In this document: positions 28,701 through 43,300 of the stretch, in pieces | Position numbering within the stretch: the stretch's first letter is position 1 | Layout: every line of letters starts with the position of its first letter | Source: Eledone cirrhosa | Taxonomy: Eukaryota | DNA length: 64,000 nucleotides | Assembly: GCA_964016885.1 (NCBI GenBank) | Contig: OZ024761.1 | Span: 1,674,001-1,738,000 of the forward strand | Direction of reading: 5' to 3' | Made by a program: the position numbers and the translations under genes | Notes under the pieces: generated by a model | Databases searched by the model: none | Told to the model about the DNA's origin: nothing | Seen by the model: the letters and a program-made list of their open reading frames with translations, nothing else

Positions 28701-31700
28701 ATTACATAGCTATGTGTCCTGCCAGTGAGACACTGCATAAAAATGTGGCCTGCTGGTGAGACACTGCATATCTATGTGGCCTGCTGACAAGACACTCCAT
28801 AGCTATGTGGCCTGCTGGTGAGACACTCCATAGCTATGTGGCCTGCTGATGAGACACTGCATAGCTATGTGGCCTGCTGACAAGACACTACATAGCTAGG
28901 TTGCCTGCTGATGAGACACTGCATAGAAATGTGGCCTGCTGACAAGACACTACATAGCTATGTGGCCTGCTGACAAGACACTGCATAGCTAGGTTGCCTG
29001 CTGGTGAGACACTGCATAGCTATGTGGCCTGCTGGTGAGACATTACATAGCTATGTGTCCTGCCAGTGAGACACTGCATAAAAATGTGGCCTGCTGACAA
29101 GACACTGTATAGCAATGTGAGCAACTGACAAGACACTTCGTAACAATGTGGCCTGCCAGTGAGACACTGCATAGAAATGTGGCCTGCCTGTGTGACACTC
29201 CATAGCAATGTGGCCCGCACACCCCAAAAGGATGCCGACCTCTGGTATAGATGACAACATTATAATATAGATGATATAATTATTGTGATATTTATTATCT
29301 TGTATAGTGTTATATGTTGTTATAATTGTCATTGTTCTCATATTTTATTTCCAGTCTGTAAATCAGGTAAATTTGGACCCAACTGTGGCAACACATGTCA
29401 CTGTGCTGACAACAGTAAATGTAACAAACAGACAGGTGTGTGTTCTAGTGGAGGATGTGCTGCTGGTTATGAAGGTAGCAACTGTCAGACAGGTATATGG
29501 TGTAGTAATTAACCCTTTCATTACCACATTTCTAATGAAAGACACTGTCTATGTAATTGAATATTTGGATCAAGGTTTAATGACATAGACTCTATGTCAT
29601 TAAACCTTTCATTACCAAGTTTCTTCTTAAAGACACTGTCTGTCATTAACCATTTCATTACCTTATTTCTACTTAAAGACACTGTCTATGTCATTAACCC
29701 TTTCATTACCATATTTCTACTTTAAGACACTGTCTATATCATTAACCCTTTCATTACATATCTCTACTTAAAGACACTGTCTATATCATTAACCATTTCA
29801 TTACCATATTTCTACTTAAAGACACTGTCTATGTCATTAATCCTTTCATTACCATATTACTAAAGAAATATATTGCATACGATTTTAAACAAATTTTTAT
29901 AAATGAAGAATTTGAAGGGCTATAGTTATATAACTGAGATTTTCATCACTAACATTTTGGATGGAACATAACTTAACAAAAGTTCTTACATAACACTATA
30001 GTGGGAGGTTTTTAGATAAATATATAGAGTAAAACAGTTAATCGGTGTCAGGTATTTTGATATCAAAAAGGTTAATATTTCTAAATATTATATCTTGAAA
30101 TTGTTCAAACCGTTTACATTACATTTCATATTACAGCCTGTCACATTGGTAAATTTGGAGCTAACTGTAAACACACATGCCACTGTGCTGATAATAACAG
30201 GTGTAACAAACAGACAGGTGTGTGTTCTAGTGGAGGATGTACTGCTGGTTATGAAGGTAGCAACTGTCAGACAGGTAAGTGGTGTAGTATAGCTTTGTTT
30301 CTAGCATGATATATTGAGTCAAGATGACAGTAGGTGTAACACACAGCTAGGTGTAACAGAGACAGGTGTGTGTTTTAGTGTAGGGTGTAGTGCTGATTAT
30401 GAAGGTAACACCTGTGAGACAGGTAGATTTAAACTGTTTTGGAGCTACAATCATCATCATCATCATTTTACGTCTGCTTTTCCCTGCTTGCAAGGGTGGG
30501 ACGGAAACTGATTCTGGCTTGATTTCTACAGCTGGATGCCCTTCCTAACACCAACCTCATTTACAGTGAGTGCTGGGTGCTTTTTTGCCATGGCACCTCC
30601 AGGACCACTTTGCAGTGGAATGATATGGACCCCAGTCCCTATCATCTCATTTCTACAGCTGAGTAAACTGGAGCAATGTGAAATAAAGTGTCCCGCTCAA
30701 GGAAACAACACATCACCCGGCCTGAGAATTGAACTCACAACCTTTCGATTGCAAGGCCAATGCTCTAACTACTAAGCTATGTGCTTACAATATAAAGGGG
30801 ATATCATTGCCTCATGAATATATAGTATAACATTGGTATGGAGTGTAGAGAATCGGCAAGTATATAGACATAATATCGATGTTACGGAAATCATATAGAT
30901 TGTATAGATATAGTATGGATTATATATAGTTTAGGTCATACCACTGGAGTATAAAATAATATAATAATGAAATTATTGTGTACAGTGCTCAGGTGCACTA
31001 CAACTCATCAAAGGTGCATGTATAGTACATAGAATAATGTTTAAATGTCAGGAAAAGGAACAGTGTATGAGTCATGAAATACATGTGTGCGTGTGTATGG
31101 AAGGGGGGGACATCAGGTGCAGTGTTGACGAATCTCAGGAAGCATAGAGATTTTAAAGGATGTGTCTCAACAGCTAACAACTGATGCAGGTAGTTTGTTC
31201 CATGGAGATTTTAAAGGATGTAGTGTCTCGACAGCTAACAACTGATGCAGGTAGTTTGTTCCATGCTTCAGCAACTCTGAGCTTGAAAAAATGTTTCCGA
31301 AAGTCATGGGAGCTGTGCTGTTTTCTGACTTTGTAGGCATATCCATGGGTGTTAGAAACATGGAAATTAAGATGATACAAATATAGTACAGATGATATAG
31401 ATATAGTATAGATGACAACGCTATAATATAGATGATATAATTGTGGTAGCTATCCCTTTCATCCCAACAGGGTTGATAAAATGAATTACCAGTCACACAC
31501 TGGGGTCGATTTAATTGATTTTCTCCTCCCCTAAAATTGTTGGCCTTGTGCCTAAATCAGAAAGCATTATCTTGTATAGTGTTATATGTTGTTGTTATTG
31601 TCATTGTTCTCATATTTTTATTTCCAGTCTGTAGAAATGGAAAATTTGGAGCCAACTGTGGCAACACATGTCACTGTGCTGACAACAGTAAATGTAACAA

Positions 31701-34270
31701 ACAGACAGGTGTGTGTTCTAGAGGAGGATGTACTGCTGGTTATGACGGTAGCAACTGTCAGACAGGTAAGCTTTGTTTGTTACTTAATATATTTAGTCAA
31801 GATGATAGTAGGTGTAACACAGAGACAGGTGTAAGACAGAGACAGGTGTGTGTTCCAATGGAAGATGTGTTCCTGGTTATATGGTAGCAGCTGTCAGACA
31901 GGTGTGTTACAGTAGATGGTGTGGTCCTGGTTATAAGGTAGCACCTGTCAGACATGTGTGTGCTCTTTTGTAGTTATATTTCTTTAGAGAATCTACCAGA
32001 CAAATGGATGAATGTCCTCTTCAGTCATGATGAAATATATCCAGTAACATCTGAGAGGTCAGTAGCTCCGATTAAGTTCTGAGTCGGTCTCTGTTGACAC
32101 ATCCCACTCTTTGTTACAGGGGAAGTGAATGTTAAATGTTGAACATGAGGAAGATGTGAGTAGCAAGGGCAGTAGAGTTACAGATTAACCCTTTAGCATT
32201 TACACTACTTCATATACACTATTATATTTTCACAGTAAAGGCTTTATCTCATATAATTATCTCACATAATATCAAATCTATGAGATTTTTATATTATCTA
32301 TTTTGAGAACAATACCTTAACATACCGGTTTAAATTCTAAAGGTTTTAATGGGTTGTGATTTTGAGTTCTTTTTTAAAACGGTATTCAAATCCCACCAAA
32401 ATCAACTTTTTCTGTCATACTTTTGGAGTAGATAGAATAATATAGCAGTGAAATACCATGCAATGGACTGGCATCCTGTCCAGGTGTGGGGAATACAGTG
32501 GACTCTGCTCAGTGTGATACCTACCGACAGTTAGAAGGACTGGGCTGTTGAATATACAAAAACAAAAAATGTCTAAAGTGTGTCTCGAGTGCTGAGGGTC
32601 ATCAGGCCAGTGCTATCTATGGCATGAAGTGACTTAAAATACAAAACTTCCCCTGGACAGGGCACCAGTCCATCCCAAGGTTAAATCACCAGCTATTACT
32701 GGCACTGATCTCCAAGCTTCCTGAAATTCGCCAACACTACACCTGATATCCCTCCTCCATACACACGTACATATGTTTATCATGACTCATACACTGTTCA
32801 TTTTCCTGACATTTGTTCATTATTCTATGTGCTTTACATGCACCTTTGATGAGTTATAGTGCACCTGAGCACTGTACACAATAATTTCACTATTATTATT
32901 ATTATACTGGAGCGGTGGATTGTCAGTATTGGTAGAGAGTCGGACGCCATGCTTTGAAGCATAGAGTTACGTCCCTTTATGATCTGAGTTCAAATCCCAC
33001 CAAGGTTAACTTTGCCTTTCATCCTTACGGGGTCGATAAAATAAAGTACCAGTAATGTACTGGGTAATTGCTGGCCTTGTGTCAAAAGTAGAAACAATTA
33101 TTATTATACTGGAGCAACATGAATGGAAATACTTTTGCTCAAGAACACAACACACAACCTAGTTCGGGAATAGAACTCACAACATTATGATTGTAAGTCC
33201 AACACCCTTACCACAAGGACACGCAAATACACACCAAAATATATATTTGTTATTGATTGATTTGTAGGATGTAAGAGAGGAAAATTTGGACCAAACTGTC
33301 GAAACATATGTCATTGTGCTGACAACAGTAAATGTAACCCACAGACTGGTAGCTGCTCTAATGGAGGATGTGCTCCTGGATATGAAGGTGGCAACTGTCA
33401 GACAGGTAAGTGGTGTACTATCATCATCATAAATATCATCATTGTTATTATCATCATTGTTATTATCATCATCATTACTACTACCACCACTACCACAACC
33501 GCAACCACTACCCAACATCACTATCAACCACCACAACTCCCACTGCAACCACCACCACCTCCACAACCACTACCAACCACCACCAACCACCACCACCAGC
33601 CACCACTGCCACTAACACCACTACTACTACCACCACCCACCACAACCCCACCACCACCACCACAACTCCACCAACACCACCACCACCAGCAGGCACCACT
33701 GCCACTAACACCACTAACACAACTACCACTACCACCACCACCACTACCACCACCACCACAACCCCACCACCACCACAACCATCATCACCTCCACCAACAT
33801 CTTACTCATTATCATCAACACCAGCACCACCACCTTCACAATCATCACCATAACCTGTACCACCACCACCACCACCATAACCTGTACTACCACCATAACC
33901 GGTACCACCAGTACCACCACCACCACCACCACCACATAACCTATGTATGTATGTGTATGTGAGTGTGTGTATGTGAGTGTGTATGTGTGTGTGTATGTAT
34001 GTGAGTGTGTATGTGTGTGTATGGATGTGAGTGTATGTATGTGAGTGTGTGTATGTGAGTGTGTGTGAGTGTGTGTATGTGAGTGTATGTATGGGAGTGT
34101 GTATGTGAGTGTGTGTATGTGAGTGTGTGTATGGGAGTGTGTGTATGTGTGTGTGTGTATGTGAGTGTGTGTTTATGTGAGTGTATGTATGTGAGTGTGT
34201 GTATGTGTGTGTGTGTGTGTGAGTGTGTGTATGTGAGTGTGTGTATGGGAGTGTGTATGTGAGTGTCTGT

Positions 34271-34302
<32 letters not shown>

Positions 34303-37300
34303 GAGTGTGTATGTGTGTGTATGGATGTGAGTGTATGTATGTGAGTGTGTGTATGTGTGTGTGTGTGAGTGTATGTATGGGAGTGTGTATGTGAGTGTAT
34401 GTATGAGTGTGTGTATGTGAGTGTGTGTGTGTGAGTGTGTGTATGTGAGTGTATGTATGGGAGTGTGTATGTGAGTGTGTGTATGTGAGTGTGTGTTTAT
34501 GTGAGTGTGTGTATGTGAGAGTGTGTATGGGAGTGTGTATGTGAGTGTGTGTATGTGAGTGTGTGTATGTGAGTGTGTGTATGTGAGAGTGTGTATGTGT
34601 CAATCATTTCTCAATACATTCTGAAAGCCGTCCATTTTTACATTTTAGAAATGGATGAATGGCTCTGCAAATTTGAACTTTAGTGCGAAAATGTTGGAAC
34701 AGTTGCTTTATGGCTGGATATCCTACCTGACTACTGAACTGTGATACCTGTAATTAGTTAGGGAGCTTGAGCCACAATTTTGAACACACCGAAGTAATCG
34801 GACATATTCTCAGTAGATGTGAGATAGTCATCTTCCCTGAAACTGACTTTACTACCACCACTGCCATTACCACCACTGCCATTATCACCACCACCACCAC
34901 TACCACCACTACCATTACCACCACCACCACCACTACCACCACTACCATTACCACCACCACCACCACTACCACCACTACCATTACCATTACCACCACCACT
35001 ACCATTACCATCACCACCACCACTACCATCATCACCACTACCACCACTACTGCCACCACCACTACCATCATCACCACTACCACCACTACCACCACTACCA
35101 CCACCACTACCACCACCACTACCATCACCACCACCACTACCATCATCACCATCATCACCACCCATACCACTACTACCACTGCCACCACTACCATCACCAC
35201 TACCATTACCATCACTACTACCATCAATACTACCACTACCATCACCACCACCACTACCATCAATACTACCACTACCATCACTACCATCATCACCACCCAT
35301 ACCACTACTACCATTGCCACCATTACCACCACTGCCATTACCGCCACCACCACCACTGCCATTACCACCACCACCACCACTACCACCACTGCCATTACCA
35401 CCACCACCACCACTACCACCACTGCCATTACCACCACCACCACCACTACCACCACTGCCATTACTACCACCACTGCCATTACCACCACCACCACCACTAC
35501 CACCACTGCCATTACTACCACCACTGCCATTACCACCACCACCACCACTGCCATTACCACCACCACCACCACTACCACCACTGCCATTACCACCACCACC
35601 ACCACTACCACCACTGCCATTACCACCACCACCACCACTACCACCACTGCCATTACCACCACCACCACCACTACCACCACTGCCATTACTACCACCACTG
35701 CCATTACCACCACCACCACCACTACCACCACTGCCATTACTACCACCACTGCCATTACCGCCACCACCACCACTGCCATTACCACCACCACCACCACTAC
35801 CACCACTGCCATTACCACCACCACCACCACTACCACCACTGCCATTACCACCACCACCACCACTACCACCACTGCCATTACTACCACCACTGCCATTACC
35901 ACCACCACCACCACTACCACCACTGCCATTACCATCACCACTACCACCACTGCCATTACTACCACCACTGCCATTACCACCACCACCACCACTACCACCA
36001 CTGCCATTACCATCACCACTACCACCACTGCCATTACTACCACCACTGCCATTACCACCACCACCACTACCACCACTGCCATTACCATCACCACTACCAC
36101 CACTGCCATTACTACCACCACTGCCATTACCACCACCACCACCACTACCACCACTGCCATTACCACCACCACCACCACTACCACCACTGCCATTACCACC
36201 ACCACCACCACTACCACCACTGCCATTACTACCACCACTGCCATTACCACCACCACCACTACCACCACTGCCATTACTACCACCACTGCCATTACCACCA
36301 CCACCACTACCACCACTGCCATTACCACCACCACCACTACCACCACTGCCATTACCACCACTGCCATTACTACCACCACTGCCATTACCACCACCACCAC
36401 TACCACCACTGCCATTACTACCACCACCACCACTACCACCATCACCACCACTACCACCACTGCCATTACCACCACCACTACCACCACTGCCATTACCACC
36501 ACCACCACTACCACCACTGCCATTACCACTACCACTACCACCACTGCCATTACCACCACCACTACCACCACTGCCATTACCACCACCACTACCACCACTG
36601 CCATTACCACCACTACCCCCACTACCACCACTGTATATTTCCAAATATTTATTTTCAAATTGTGGTGAATTGCCAGAATCAAGAAAGTTCCAGGCAAAGG
36701 AAATGTCTAAATGTTATTTAGTTATGAATCCATTCTATTCTGAGTTCAAATCTTGCCATGGTTGACTTCGTCTTTCACTTTTCTGTGCAGGGTCTCATAA
36801 AGTTCTTTTGAAGCCCTAACAAGTTTAACCCTTTAGCATATCGATGTGAAGGTATTGTTCTCTAAATAAATAATATAAACATTTCATAGATTCAATATTA
36901 TTGTTTTTACATTTGGCACAAGGCCAGCAAATTACCCAGTACATTACTGGTACTTTATTTTATACAAATGTCAGGGAAGTGAATAGTGTGAGTTATGATA
37001 TACATATGTGCGCGTGTATGGAGGGGGGAATATTAGGTGCAGTGTTGGCGAATCTCAGGAAGCATGGAGGTTTTAAAGGATGCAGTGTCTCCACAAGCCT
37101 TTACTGTGAAAATATAATAGTAAATACAGAGTAATGTAAATACTTGTTTCTACTTTAGGCACAAGGCCAGCCATTACCCAGTGCATTACTGGTACTTTAT
37201 TTTATACAAATGTCAGGGAAGTGAATAGTGTGAGTCATGATATACATATGTGCGCGTGTATGGAGGGGGAATATTAGGTGCAGTGTTGGCGAATCTCAGG

Positions 37301-40300
37301 AAGCATGGAGGTTTTAAAGGATGCAGTGTCTCCACAAGCCTTTACTGTGAAAATATAATAGTAAATACAGAGTAATGTAAATACTTGTTTCTACTTTAGG
37401 CACAAGGCCAGCAATTACCCAGTGCATTACTGGTACTTTATTTTATCGACCCCGTAAGGATGAAAGGCAAAGTCAAATCTCGTCGAGGTTGACTTTGCCT
37501 TTCATTCTTACGGGGTCGATAAAATAAAGTACCAGTAATGCACTGGGTAATGGCTGGCCTTGTGCCTAAAGTAGAAACAAGTATTTACATTACTCTGTAT
37601 TTACTATTATATTTTCACAGTAAAGGCTTGTGTAAATACTAAAGGGTTAAAATAAACAGCAGTGTAGATTGAAATTTTTTTCTTCAGGCACAAGGTCAGC
37701 AATTTGAATTGAAGGGGAAAGTCGATTTAATTGACCCCAGTGCGTGACTGGTACTTTATTTTATCGACCCCGTAAGGATGAAAGGCAAAGCAAACCTCAG
37801 CGGGTTTTGAACTCAGAACGCAAAGGGCAGTAACTCTGTGCCGCAAAGCAAGGTATTGTTCTCAAAATAAATAATATCAAAATCTCATAGATTCAATATT
37901 ATGCGAGATAATTATGAGAGATAAAGCCCTTACCGTGAAAATATAATAGTATTTATAGGGTAATGTAAATACTAAAGGGTTAAGGATGATGGTGTGCATC
38001 CCCCACCACCCTCACCTCATAAGAAAATTGGAAGAAAATTGGATGGAAGGTGTTGACAGAATGAAAAATATGTTTAATTTAATTAAAATTACCCCTTTTC
38101 CCTTGTTACCCTAAACATGTGATTATTTTGCTTAATCGTTTATCCATCACTACTGTCAGGGTTGATTAATTAAGTACCAGTAAAATACTAGGTAGTATTA
38201 CTTTAAGCCCCCACCCCATCACTTCAAATGTCAAGTCATGTGATTATGTTAGAAATTAATATTTCACTTCAATAAATATTTTGAAAAGTAAAGAAAAAAA
38301 ACCTTTTTAAAATCAATTTAAAGTTTAATTGATTATTTTGAAATATGAAAAATATTTAAGTCACAAGATTTAAATAATTATGGAAAGAATGGAAATGAGA
38401 ATGATCGAGTGGATTAGTTGAGGGCTGCTGAAAGATGATTTAAAAAGGATTATGGGGATAGGACGACTGATGAATGTTGTGAAAAGAAATGGTGTGAGAT
38501 GGTTGGGTCATGTGTTGAGGATGGATGAATGTGACTCTGTGAGAGGAGTAATGGAAACAGACAGGTGTCAGACAGGTGGGTGTTGTAATGGAGGTGTGAT
38601 GCTTGTTATAAAGGTATCAACTGTCAGACAGGTGTGTGTTGTAGTGGAGGTGTGGTGCTAGTTATAAAGGTGTCAGCTGTCAGACAGGTGTGTGTTAGAA
38701 GGTGTGGTGCTGGTTGTGAAGGTAACAACTGTCAGACATGTGTGGTGCTGGTTATGAAGGTAACAACTGTCAGACAGGTGTGGTGATGGTTATGAAGGTA
38801 ACAACTGTCAGACAGGTGTGGTGCTGGTTATAAAAGTAACAACTGTGAGATAGGTGTGGTGCTGGTTATAAAGGTAACAACTGTGAGATAGGTGTGGTGC
38901 TGGTTATAAAGGTAACAACTGTCAGACAGGTGCGGTGCTGGTTATGAAGGTATCAACGGTCAGACAGGTGTGGTGATGGTTATGAAGGTAACAACTGTCA
39001 GACAGGTGTGGTGCTGGTAACAACTGGTAACAACTGTGGTGCTGGTTATGAAGGTAGCAACTGTCAGACAGGTAAGTGGTGTAGTATAGCTTGGTTTCTA
39101 ACTTAATATATTGAGACATCACATGGAAGGGGAAAATGTATGCTACATGTATTAGAAGTGACATGATTTTTAAGAGTGAGACATGATTGATGAAGATGGA
39201 ACAACAGAAAAAGCAGAGGAGACTTGAAATGAGAATGGTCCGGTGAAATATCGCCATGAAAGAGGCAGGAAATCAATATTTTGCAGAGATTGATGTAAAT
39301 AGTGTCAGTAATATTTATGAAGAGAAATGAAAGGATATGCTGGATCATGTGTTGAGGAAAAATGGGGATGACTAGTTTATTGGAGCCAGGATGTGTCCAT
39401 CGACCCCATAGTCATTCAGAACATTCCACATCTGATCCTGAAGAATACTGTCATAAGCCTTTTTGATGTCTGCAAAACAGGGATACATCTCTTGGTAGTA
39501 ATCCCATGATTTATCAAAGACCTACCTCACTGTGAATATTTGGTCAGCTTTACTGCATCCAGAGTAAAACCACATTGTCCATCAGCTAACTTGAACACAA
39601 CAATCTCTCTTTATCAGACATTTATCATAAACTTTATCAGGAAGGTTTAACAAGAAGTTCCTTCTTTAATTGGAGCAATCTTTCTTGTCTCAATTTTACA
39701 GAATTAGGATAATGTCCACCATGTAAAATATGAAACTATCAGAAATTAATGTGAATTGTCAAATATATTTAGACTTCCATATTTTATTTTCAGGGTGTAA
39801 AAGAGGTAAATTTGGACCCAACTGTGGCAACACATGCCACTGTGCAGATAACAGTAGGTGTAACAAACAGACAGGTGTCTGTTCTAGTGGAGGATGTGCT
39901 ACTGGTTATGAAGGTAGCAACTGTCAGACAGGTAAGTGCTGTTTCTGACTTAATATATTGAGACATCGCATGAAAGGGAAAGATGTATGCTACATGTGTT
40001 AGAAGTGACATGATTTATAGGAGTAAGACATGAGTGATGAAGATGGAGCTACAGGAGAAGCTGAAGAGATTGGAAAGGCAAGATGTATGCTACATGTGTT
40101 AGAGGTGACATAATTTATAGGAGCAAGGACCTGTCCATCAACCCCTTACTCATGCAGAACATTCAATATTTTTATTTTCAGGATGTAAAACAGGTAAATT
40201 TGGACCCAACTGTAAAAGTATTTGTCACTGTATTGACAACGACAGCTGTAATAAACAGACAGGTGTGTGTTCAAGTGGAGGATGTGCTGCTGGTTATGAA

Positions 40301-43300
40301 GGTAGCAATTGTCAGACAGGTAAGCTTTGTTTCTAACTTAATATAGTGGGATATCACATGGAAGGGAAAGATGTATGCTACATGTGTTAGAAGTGACATG
40401 ATTTATAGGAGTGAGACATGAGTGATGAACATGGAGTAACAGAGAAAAGTGAAGAGAATGGAAGGGAACTATATATGCTACATGTGTTACAAGTGACAGG
40501 CTTGTTCAGAACAAGGAGCTGTCCATCTATCCCATACTCATGCAGAACATTCCCACATGTGATCCTGTAAACTGCTGTCATATACTTTGTTCAGGTCTAC
40601 AAAACAGGGATACATCTCTTGGCAGTAATCCCATGATTTATCAAAGAGCTACCACAGTGTGAATATTTAGTCAGCTTTACTGCATCCAGGGTAAAATCAC
40701 ATTGTCCATCAGCTAACTTGAACACAACAATCTCTCTTTGTCAGACATTTATCATAAACTTTACCAGGAAGGTTTAACAAGGAGTTCCTTCTTTAATTGG
40801 AGCAATCTTTCTTGTCTCATTTTTACAGAATTGGGATAATGTCCACCGTGTAAAATATGAGACTTTCAGAAATAAATGTGAATTATTAAATATATTTAAA
40901 CTTCCATATTCTTATTTTCAGGGTGTAAAATAGGTAAATTTGGACCCAACTGTAAATACACATGTCACTGTGCTGACAACAGCAGGTGTAACAAACAGAC
41001 AGGTGTGTGTTCCAGTGGAGGATGTACTGCTGGTTATGAAGGTAGCAACTGCCAGACAGGTAAGTGGTATAGTATAGCTTCTTTCTAACTTAATATATTG
41101 GGTTATCACATGGAAGGGAAAGATGTATGCTACATGTGTTAGAAGTGACAGGCTTGATCAGAACAAGGAGGTGTTAATCGATCCCATACTCATGCAGAAC
41201 ATTCCACATCTGATCCTGAAGAATTCTGTCATAAGCCTTTTTGATGTCTACGAAGCAGGAATAAATCTCTTGGCAGTAATCCCACGATTTATCAAAGACC
41301 TACCTCACTGTGAATATTTGGTCAGCTTTACTGCATCCAGGGTAAAACCACATTGTCCATCAGCTAACTTGAACACAACAATCTCTCTTTGTCAGACATT
41401 TATCATAAACTTTACCAGGAAGGTTTAACAAGGAGTTCCTTCTTTAATTGGAGCAATCTTTCTTTTCTCAATTTTACAGAATTAGAATAATGTCCACCAT
41501 GTAAAATATGAAACTATCAGAAATTAATGTGAATTGTCAAATATATTTAGACTTCCATATTTTATTTTCAGGGTGTAAAACAGGTAAATTTGGACCCAAC
41601 TGTGGCAACGCATGCCACTGTGCAGATAACAGCAGGTGTAACAAACAGACAGGTGTGTGTTCAAGTGGAGGATGTGCTGCTGGTTATGAAAATAGCAACT
41701 GTCAGACAGGTAAGTGGTGTAATACAAGGCTCTGCTGAATAGTTCTTAGGTTGAACAAGTTACTCTCATGCAATGTGACCAAATGAGGTTTATTTTTGCA
41801 AATAGTCCCCCCTGTGGTCCACACCCTTTCTCCATTGGTGTTGCAGTGCTACGATCCCATTTGTGAAAAAGCTTTCATCTTATCCATGAGAAACATCATC
41901 AGCAGGTGATATGATGTCATCATCAGTGTGATACTGGTTCGAGCTAATTATTTAATCATACAGCTCTGCTACGTCCAGGATGAAAACCATACTGTTCATC
42001 AAAAACTCTGATAATGTCCGCCATGTAAAATATGAAACTATCAGAAATTAATGTAAATTAATAAATATATTTAGACTTTCATATTTTATTTTCAGGGTGT
42101 AAAACAGGTAAATTTGGACCCAACTGTAAATACACATGTCACTGTGCTGACAACAGCAGGTGTAACAAACAGACAGGTGTATGTTCCAGTGGAGGATGTA
42201 CTGCTGGTTATGAAGGTAGCAACTGCCAGACAGGTAAGTGGTATAGTATAGCTTCTTTCTAACTTAATATATTGGGTTATCACATGGAAGGGAAAGATGT
42301 ATGCTACATGTGTTAGAAGTGACAGGCTTGATCAGAACAAGGAGGTGTTAATCGACCCCATACTCATGCAGAACATTCCACATCTGATCCTGAAGAATTC
42401 TGTCATAAGCCTTTTTGATGTCTACGAAGCAGGAATAAATCTCTTGGCAGTAATCCCACGATTTATCAAAGACCTACCTCACTGTGAATATTTGGTCAGC
42501 TTTACTGCATCCAGGGTAAAACCACATTGTCCATCAGCTAACTTGAACACAACAATCTCTCTTTGTCAGACATTTATCATAAACTTTAACAGGAAGGTTT
42601 AACAAGGAGTTCCTTCTTTAATTGGAGCAATCTTTCTTTTCTCAATTTTACAGAATTAGAATAATGTCCACCATGTAAAATATGAAACTATCAGAAATTA
42701 ATGTGAATTGTCAAATATATTTAGACTTCCATATTTTATTTTCAGGGTGTAAAACAGGTAAATTTGGACCCAACTGTAAATATACATGCCACTGTGCAGA
42801 TAACAGCAGGTGTAACAAACAGACAGGTGTGTGTTCCAGTGGAGGATGTGCTGCTGGTTATGAAGGTAGCAACTGTCAGACAGGTAAGTGGTGTAATACA
42901 AGGCTCTGCTGAATAGTTCTTAGGTTGAACAAGTTACTCTCATGCAATGTGACCAAATGAGGTTTATTTTTGCAAATAGTCCCCCTGTGGTCCACACCCT
43001 TTCTCCATTGGTGTTGCAGTGCTACGATCCCATTTGTGAAAAAGCTTTCATCTTATCCATGAGAAACATCATCAGCAGGTGATATGATGTCATCATCAAT
43101 GTGATACTGATTCGAGCTAATTATTTAATCATACAGCTCTGCTACGTCCAGGATGAAAACCATACTGTTCATCAAAAACTCTGATAATGTCCGCCATGTA
43201 AAATATGAAACTATCAGAAATTAATGTAAATTAATTATTATTATATTTTCAGGGTGTAAAACAGGTAAATTTGGACCCAACTGTAAATACACATGTCACT

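Noticed and set aside
34754-36765. Gly/Ser-, Thr-, Pro- and Val-rich ORFs of 480-650 aa (mucin- or silk-like)
   Set aside because: Trinucleotide satellite open in several frames at once; no convincing acceptor/donor pair. A mucin-like exon cannot be fully excluded without RNA data.
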